A stretch of 32,000 nucleotides of DNA from NCBI RefSeq assembly GCF_005696695.1, contig NZ_CP040006.1, positions 630,001-662,000 of the forward strand. Reading direction: 5' to 3'. The notes beneath the pieces were generated by a model that saw only the letters and a program-made list of their open reading frames with translations, did no database searches and had not been told where the DNA came from. This DNA is from Schaalia odontolytica (lineage in GTDB: Bacteria > Actinomycetota > Actinomycetes > Actinomycetales > Actinomycetaceae). The position numbers and the translations under genes are program-made. Positions 16,865 through 21,552 of this stretch are shown one piece after another (position 1 is the first letter of the stretch; every line of letters begins with the position of its first letter).

Positions 16865-17779
16865 ATGGGTAAACGAATTCTTGGGTGGCTGCGGCAAAGG
16901 CGAGTTGCAGTGATGTATGGAGTGTTATGGTGTTTCTCGTTCTTCGTTATCGCAGTGTTTTTTCATAAAACTCTCACTGATATCGCGCATCGTGCTGATG
17001 GGGAGATTGCTGAAGCCTGCGTGGTGATGTATGTGATTTCTGTTGTTCTCAGTGTGGCTTACGTTTTCTTCGGATTGTCGATTCGCCAGGGGAAACGACG
17101 TCTTTGTGTGACTATGCAATTGCTGGCATTTGCCATACTTGTGACAATATTTCGCTCTGTGTTTGATGTGCTTGGTGGTGAGGGGCTTGCGTTTTCCATT
17201 GGAACACCTACTTCTGGAGTAGTATCGGTCTATGAAGTGTTCTTTATGTGGGCGCTTTTTCTTGTGGGGGTAGGAATTCAAATTACTTTGATCTCCAATG
17301 AAGCTCGACGTGCTGAAATGAATATGCTTCATGGTGGAGTTCTTGTTATCGTAGGTATTCTGCTGCCTAAAATGCTCGATTCCTATTCACTGCTTCGTGC
17401 TCACTGCTACGAGGTGCAATGTGGTAATGGTGAGCTCGGTAGTATCGTGCTATTTGAAATGGCTGTCTCCTACGCTGCTGCTCTAGCTGTAATGTTCGTG
17501 TTTGGGATCGTCTCTCCTTCTATTCGTACTTCTATACGCAGAATTACTGGAGAAAATGAATTTGAATGCGTAATGCATTCTGATGATGTTCCACATCATT
17601 GTGATCATCCCGCCGCTTTTTGCGTAGAAAAGGAATCGTTTGACAAGAGTGCATTGGCAGGCTCTTCCACCGGCTTAAGTGGTGTTGCTCTATCCAAGCA
17701 GCTGATGAGTGCTGTTGTTGGTGGTCTCGTCGCCGGCGCGTGTTTCTCGGTTGTGAACCGTCTCTTCAGTCGCCGCTGA
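16865..17779 (+). CDS. Orphan polytopic membrane protein encoded in low-GC DNA (no family recognised)
   Basis: An uninterrupted reading frame of over 900 nt, unlikely by chance in DNA where my 60-nt hand counts gave 50%, 40% and 33% G+C. The neighbouring gene gave 75%. At least 6 hydrophobic segments, a Cys/His-rich tail (HCYEVQCGNGE, FECVMHSDDVPHHCDHPAAFC) and a C-terminal hydrophobic helix. There is no SD sequence. TACACT (16853-16858) lies 6 nt before the ATG at 16865, consistent with a leaderless mRNA. Alternative starts are GTG 16859 and ATG 16910. Confidence 0.6.
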   Translation: MGKRILGWLRQRRVAVMYGVLWCFSFFVIAVFFHKTLTDIAHRADGEIAEACVVMYVISVVLSVAYVFFGLSIRQGKRRLCVTMQLLAFAILVTIFRSVFDVLGGEGLAFSIGTPTSGVVSVYEVFFMWALFLVGVGIQITLISNEARRAEMNMLHGGVLVIVGILLPKMLDSYSLLRAHCYEVQCGNGELGSIVLFEMAVSYAAALAVMFVFGIVSPSIRTSIRRITGENEFECVMHSDDVPHHCDHPAAFCVEKESFDKSALAGSSTGLSGVALSKQLMSAVVGGLVAGACFSVVNRLFSRR

Positions 17780-17832
17780 ACTGCGTTGCCTTGCACTTTG
17801 ACTGGTGAATCGAGGAGTGTTCCCACATTGTG

Positions 17833-18000
17833 GCTTGTTACTAAGTGGTGTTACACCACTTAGCGGGGTATTACACCAGCTCGGAGGTGGTGTAATGCTC
17901 CCTAACTGGTGTAATGCTCCCTAACTGGTGCAGGGCTGTCTGCTGCGGCTCGGTTGGACGCTAGTTGGAGCTACTACGGAGTAGCTCTTACCGCGACGGA
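17833..18000 (+). repeat. Macro-unit A (168 bp)
   Basis: Perfect hairpin CTAAGTGGTG-TTA-CACCACTTAG (17841-17863). Hairpin GGGGTATTACACCAGC / GGTGGTGTAATGCTCC (17865-17901). Perfect 19-bp tandem duplication TGGTGTAATGCTCCCTAAC (17888-17906 and 17907-17925). Closing word TGGTGCAGGGCTG. Tetraloop hairpin at 17967-17988. Confidence 0.8.
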
Positions 18001-18168
18001 GCTTGTTGGACAGTGGCATTGCACTAGTTAGCGCAGCGTTGCACTGGATAGTAGGCAGTGTAATGCCCTCCTATCTAGTGCATTGCTGTCGTATCTAGTG
18101 CAGTGCTGCGCGGCCCGGGCCTGTTAGTTGTTTGCGGAGGACGTTGCGACGTCCGGTTCCATAACGAT
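18001..18168 (+). repeat. Macro-unit B (168 bp)
   Basis: Forward words TTGCACTAG (18019) and TTGCACTGG (18039). Reverse words AGTGTAATGCC (18057), CTAGTGCAT (18075) and CTAGTGCAG (18095). A 20-bp direct repeat TATCTAGTGCAnTGCTG occurs twice. Tetraloop hairpin GGACGT-TGCG-ACGTCC at 18139-18154. Confidence 0.8.
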
Positions 18169-18316
18169 GCTTGTTACCGATGAGGCGGTGCACCCGATCC
18201 GTAGGCATTACACCCCTTCTGATCGGGTGTATCGCGACGGATCGGGTGCAGCGCTGCCTGGCCAGGACCTGTCGTACGCCGGCATGTGCAGTGTCAGCGA
18301 GGATACCCACGTCCAA
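18169..18316 (+). repeat. Macro-unit C (148 bp, one micro-unit shorter than A and B)
   Basis: GCGGTGCACCCGATCC (18185-18200) pairs at 15 of 16 positions with GGATCGGGTGCAGCGC (18239-18254). There is an inner arm pair TACACCC / GGGTGTA. The closing word GGTGCAGCGCTG is shared with A and B. Confidence 0.75.
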
Positions 18317-18430
18317 GCTTGTTACTGATGAGGTGTTGCACCCGATCGGGAAGATTCAACCCGATCAGAAAGGGTTGAACCTTCCCCAACGGGTTGAATG
18401 TTCCCGATCAGGTTGAATCTTGTCGCGCCC
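18317..18430 (+). repeat. Macro-unit D (terminal and more diverged)
   Basis: The first 31 nt are nearly identical to unit C (GCTTGTTACyGATGAGG..TGCACCCGATC). They are followed by ATTCAACCCGATC (18354-18366) and three reverse copies: GGGTTGAAC, CGGGTTGAATG and GATCAGGTTGAAT (18406-18418). Confidence 0.7.
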
Positions 18431-18444
18431 TGAGGTCCCAAACA

Positions 18445-18482
18445 GGGGAGGGGCCCAAGCCTCTCGGCTCGGACCCCTCCTC
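18445..18482 (-). terminator. Terminator of the DEAD-box helicase gene
   Basis: GGGGAGGGGCC (18445-18455) pairs with GGACCCCTCC (18471-18480). On the minus strand the hairpin is followed by TGTTTGGG. It lies 30 nt after the minus-strand stop. Confidence 0.55.
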
Positions 18483-18511
18483 ACGTCACATCAACGCAGC
18501 GCGCTATCGCC

Positions 18512-20278
18512 TCACTCGCCGCCCTTGCGGCGGCGGATGCGCTTGCGGGCGCGGGGCGCGCCCTCAGGTGCCTCACCCGAACGCTGCGAGTGCTCGCCGC
18601 GGCCACGGCCACGCGTGCCGCGGTCAGAGCGGCCGCCCTTGCCGGCGTTCAGCGTGCGATCGCCGTCTTGGGAGCCTCGACGCGACCCGCGCGAACGCGA
18701 CGCGTCGGAGGAAGCAGCCGAACCACCACGCGACGAACGACCGCGGCCGCCACGCGAGCCACCACGCGAGCCACCGGAACCCGAACGCGAGCCGCCACGG
18801 CCTCGTCCCTCGGAACGGGGAGCGGAGCCGCCCAGGTCCTCGAGGACCTCGGCGTCCAGGCCTGCGCGCGTGCGCTTGGCGCGCGGCAGACGACCGGTCG
18901 TGCCCTCCGGGATATCCAGGTCGGTGAACAGGTGGGGGGAGGTGTGGTAGGTCTCGAGCGGATCCGGCACGCCCAGGCCCAGTGCCTTGGAGATGAGCGA
19001 CCAGCGCGGCGTGTCGTCCCAGTCGACGAAGGTGACGGCCGTGCCCGAGTTGCCCGCGCGGCCCGTGCGGCCGATGCGGTGGATGTAGATCTTCTCGTCT
19101 TCGGGGCACTGGTAGTTGATGACGTGCGTGACGTCGTCGACGTCGATGCCTCGCGCGGCGACGTCGGTGGCGACCAGGACGTCGACCTTGCCGTTACGGA
19201 AGGCACGCAGAGCCTGCTCGCGGGCGCCCTGGCCCAGATCGCCGTGCAGTGAGCCGACCGCGAAGCCGCGGGCGGTCAGGTCCTCGCCCAGGCGGGCGGC
19301 GGTGCGCTTGGTGCGGCAGAAGATGACGGTGCGTCCGCGCCCCTCGGCCTGGAGGATGCGGGAGACGACCTCCACCTTGTTCATGGCGTGAACACGGTAG
19401 ATGACCTGCTTGACCGTGTTGACGGTCTGGTTCTGGTCGTCGGGATCCTGCGCGCGGATGTGGGTCGGCTGGACCATGAAGCGGCGGGCGAGGGCCACGA
19501 CGGGGCCGGGCATGGTCGCGGAGAACAGCATGGTGTGGCGGTTCTCGGGGACACGGCTGAGCAGCGTCTCGACGTCGGGCAGGAAGCCCAGGTCGAGCAT
19601 CTCGTCGGCCTCGTCGAGGACGACGGTCTCCACGCCGGACAGGTGCAGGTGGCCCTTGCGCAGCAGGTCGATGAGGCGGCCGGGCGTGCCCACGACGATG
19701 TCTGCGCCACGCTGGAGGGCCTCGATCTGGGGCTCGAAGGCGACGCCGCCGTAGATTTCGACGATGCGGGTCGACAGGTACTTGGCGGCCTCGCGCAGGT
19801 CCTGGGCGACCTGCTTGGTGAGCTCGCGGGTCGGCAGGATGATGAGCGCCTGCGGCTTGTTCGGGTTGAGGAGGTCCTCGTAGCCCTCTTCGTCGGGCGC
19901 GATGACGTCCTCGAGGACGGGGATGCCGAAGCCGAGGGTCTTGCCGGTGCCGGTCTTGGCCTGGCCGATGATGTCGTGGCGGTCCAGCGCGGGGCCGAGG
20001 GTGAGGGCCTGGATCGGGAAGGGGTGCGTGATGCCCTTGTCTTCGAGGGCGTCGACGATCGGGTCGGTGACGCCGAAGTCCGCGAAAGACTTCTTGTCGA
20101 GGTCCTCGCCCTTGCCGGTGATGTCCGGGGTGGCATCTTCGACCTCGGGGGCTGCGGGCTTGATGTTGCCGAGGCGGACGACGCCTGCGGAGTATTCGAC
20201 GGACGAGGCCGGGGTGGCCTTCTCGGTGGCGTCAACGTCGGTGGTGGGCACAGTTGCCTCAGTGCTCGTGTTGGTCAC
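18512..20278 (-). CDS. rhlE: DEAD-box ATP-dependent RNA helicase with an Arg/Gly/Ser-rich C-terminal tail
   Basis: 588 aa with a GTG start. Q motif ..HPFPIQ, motif I AKTGTGKT, Ia PTRELT, II VLDEADEM, III SAT, VI HRIGRTGRAG. The tail reads RGRGGSRSGSGGSRGGSRGGRGRSSRGG. The symbol is assigned by analogy to mycobacterial Rv3211. Confidence 0.92.
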   Translation of the reverse strand: MTNTSTEATVPTTDVDATEKATPASSVEYSAGVVRLGNIKPAAPEVEDATPDITGKGEDLDKKSFADFGVTDPIVDALEDKGITHPFPIQALTLGPALDRHDIIGQAKTGTGKTLGFGIPVLEDVIAPDEEGYEDLLNPNKPQALIILPTRELTKQVAQDLREAAKYLSTRIVEIYGGVAFEPQIEALQRGADIVVGTPGRLIDLLRKGHLHLSGVETVVLDEADEMLDLGFLPDVETLLSRVPENRHTMLFSATMPGPVVALARRFMVQPTHIRAQDPDDQNQTVNTVKQVIYRVHAMNKVEVVSRILQAEGRGRTVIFCRTKRTAARLGEDLTARGFAVGSLHGDLGQGAREQALRAFRNGKVDVLVATDVAARGIDVDDVTHVINYQCPEDEKIYIHRIGRTGRAGNSGTAVTFVDWDDTPRWSLISKALGLGVPDPLETYHTSPHLFTDLDIPEGTTGRLPRAKRTRAGLDAEVLEDLGGSAPRSEGRGRGGSRSGSGGSRGGSRGGRGRSSRGGSAASSDASRSRGSRRGSQDGDRTLNAGKGGRSDRGTRGRGRGEHSQRSGEAPEGAPRARKRIRRRKGGE

Positions 20279-20489
20279 GATCTACCTTGTCTCCCGGGCT
20301 TTTCCGGGGTTGGGGTCGGTGCCGATCGCGCATTATCTGGCGCGGGGAAACTCGTCCGCGCGTAGGTGTTATGTCTCAAGAATGCGACCGGTCTTCCGGT
20401 GGTCACCTTTCAGTGTAATGGTGTGTGACGAGTTCGCGGGGGAGGGGCTGGTCACAGAGACTGCCGACAATCGCGAAGAACAGGGTTCC

Positions 20490-21161
20490 ATGCACCGGGC
20501 CGCGAGGCTTGTCAGGCACTATGCTGGAGTCATGGCACACGAGTTTGAATCCGTCCCCGCCGACGACGCCGAAGTCCTTGGTATTCTCGCCTATTCGTCG
20601 CTCGCGTTTATGACGCGCCTGGCGAAGGACGGCGAGCAGGCCCCCACGTTCGAGGCTCACGTGGAGCATGCGCGCATGGCCGCGCAGTGCTTCAAGCTCT
20701 ACCAGCAGCTGGAGGTGTGGAGTGCGCACCGCCGCTTTGATCTGCTGGCGGCTGGTGATGCGTTCTCGGGCGCGTACGACGATCTGGATGCGCGCACGCG
20801 TCCGACGACGTTCGCGGAGCGCGCTGTCAAGACGTTTATTACCCGCGGCATGCTGGGCGACATGCTGATCCGCGTCGCGCAGGTGCACGGCCTGTTCGAG
20901 GGCATCGAGGACGTGTGGCCCTTCGAGCAGGGGCACTGGGTGCGCGCACACCTGGGCCCGCAGATTGAGGCTGACGAGCAGCTGTCGGCGCGCCTGTCCC
21001 TGTGGGGTCGCCGTGTGGCGGGCGAGGCCCTCGGCCTGGTGCGCGCGACGCTGTTCACCTACCCGTCGCTGGCTGCGTCCCCGGAAAACGTCGATGAGAT
21101 CACGGAGTACGTGATTAAGCGCCACGGGGAGCGCATGAAGGACATTCACCTGAAGGCCTGA
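20490..21161 (+). CDS. Conserved actinobacterial protein, probably the ferritin-like-fold family found divergent from rhlE (Rv3210c-like)
   Basis: This is the real C-terminal part of the track ORF 19902-21161; the first ~160 codons are antisense to the helicase gene. Candidate starts are 20382, 20418, 20490 and 20532, and the choice is uncertain. The helical, acidic composition and the gene position match my recollection of this family. There is no diagnostic motif I can verify by eye. Confidence 0.55.
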   Translation: MHRAARLVRHYAGVMAHEFESVPADDAEVLGILAYSSLAFMTRLAKDGEQAPTFEAHVEHARMAAQCFKLYQQLEVWSAHRRFDLLAAGDAFSGAYDDLDARTRPTTFAERAVKTFITRGMLGDMLIRVAQVHGLFEGIEDVWPFEQGHWVRAHLGPQIEADEQLSARLSLWGRRVAGEALGLVRATLFTYPSLAASPENVDEITEYVIKRHGERMKDIHLKA

Positions 21162-21176
21162 GGCCACAGGGTATAG

Positions 21177-21233
21177 ACGAGGCCGGGGTTCCTCGGGCGG
21201 TATCGCGACCGCTCGGGTTCCCCGGCCTCGTTC
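21177..21233. terminator. Bidirectional hairpin terminator between convergent genes
   Basis: GACGAGGCCGGGG (21177-21189) pairs with CCCCGGCCTCGTT (21220-21232). It sits between the stops at 21161 (+) and 21247 (-). Confidence 0.65.
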
Positions 21234-21246
21234 GTCTGGGCGCGAA

Positions 21247-21474
21247 TCAGTGGATCGCGAAGCCGACGCGGCGCTCGGTCTTGGCGGCGATCTGCACGTA
21301 TGCGAGGGCGTGGGCGGGCACGATGGTGCGCTGGCCCTTGGTGTCGGTGAGGTCGAGGACGCCGTTGGTGGCGGCAAGGGCCTCGTGAACCTTGGCCATG
21401 AGCTCGCTTTCGGTCATGTCGACGTCGAGACCGAGCTGACGCGTGTTGTCGCGGATGCCGATGAAGATCTCCAT
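21247..21474 (-). CDS. DUF3107 protein (homologue of mycobacterial TB9.4 / Rv3208A)
   Basis: 75 aa, MEIFIGIRDNTRQLGLDVDMTESELMAKVHEAL...VGF. AAGGAG RBS. The size, the N-terminal ME(I/V)xIGI pattern and the position next to adnA fit the family. Confidence 0.8.
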   Translation of the reverse strand: MEIFIGIRDNTRQLGLDVDMTESELMAKVHEALAATNGVLDLTDTKGQRTIVPAHALAYVQIAAKTERRVGFAIH

Positions 21475-21552
21475 GATGACTCCTTGCTGGTAAATATCGT
21501 CATGGCCATCATATGTGCCGCAGATGTGGGTGGGGTCTGCGAGTATTGCGTT

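Larger units (their letters stand above)
17785..18430 (+). repeat. Non-coding nested repeat array of 4 macro-units, each made of 19-22 bp micro-units arranged as forward and then reverse-complement words
   Basis: Headers GCTTGTTAC at 17833, GCTTGTTGG at 18001, GCTTGTTAC at 18169 and GCTTGTTAC at 18317. Units A and B align position by position at roughly 65-70% identity by hand. The core word is TTRCAC / GTGYAA. All frames contain stops. The array fills the gap between convergent genes. Confidence 0.8.

Noticed and set aside
15560-16897. A 445-aa minus-strand ORF across the AlbA_2 gene.
   Set aside because: It is Arg/His/Gly-rich nonsense, whereas the plus frame carries TM helices and AlbA_2 motifs.
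17833-18328. The headers read ..A-C-Y-stop in one frame (GCT TGT TAC TAA/TGA), suggesting tandem mini-genes ending in ACY.
   Set aside because: Upstream of each header that frame is closed by stops within a few codons (a 26-codon GTG-initiated stretch at best). Conservation is better explained at the DNA/RNA level.
18325-18332. CTGATGAG in the unit D header (CGATGAG in unit C) resembles the hammerhead ribozyme CUGAUGA box and is followed by a GGTG-TTG-CACC mini-stem.
   Set aside because: The obligatory GAAA after stem II is missing; the sequence continues CGATCGG. Units A and B lack the box, and no stem I / stem III geometry can be drawn.
18128-18416. Small ORFs inside the array (18128-18328 + and 18171-18416 +) share the peptide LVTDE(A/V)(V/L)HPI.
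   Set aside because: The shared peptide simply reflects the conserved nucleotide header of units C and D. The corresponding frames in units A and B hit stops after 9-10 codons, there is no RBS, and the similarity is equally strong in non-coding frames.
17785-18430. A CRISPR array interpretation of the repeats.
   Set aside because: The repeat units are 19-22 bp with essentially no unique spacers between them. They occur in both orientations, are degenerate, and no cas genes are present.
17785-18430. An integron-like attC / CALIN array, with the promoterless low-GC ORF followed by structured imperfect palindromes.
   Set aside because: The units do not show the RYYYAAC ... GTTRRRY core pair; the closest are CCCTAAC and GTTAGCG. 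No intI gene is in the window, no ORFs separate the sites, and integrons are, to my knowledge, essentially unreported in Actinobacteria. It is kept only as a low-prior analogy.
16865-18430. A type III toxin-antitoxin system (protein toxin plus repeated RNA antitoxin).
   Set aside because: In known ToxIN-like systems, short identical repeats lie upstream of a soluble endoribonuclease toxin. Here the repeats are downstream, diverged and nested, and the protein is a membrane protein.
21525-21549. TGTGGGTG upstream of adnA resembles the mycobacterial RecA-independent DNA-damage promoter box (TGTCRGTG-N8-TAnnnT).
   Set aside because: There is one mismatch in the box. The hexamers at the required spacing (GAGTAT; TATTGC 3 nt further) do not fit TAnnnT. 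This is too weak to call without a comparative alignment.
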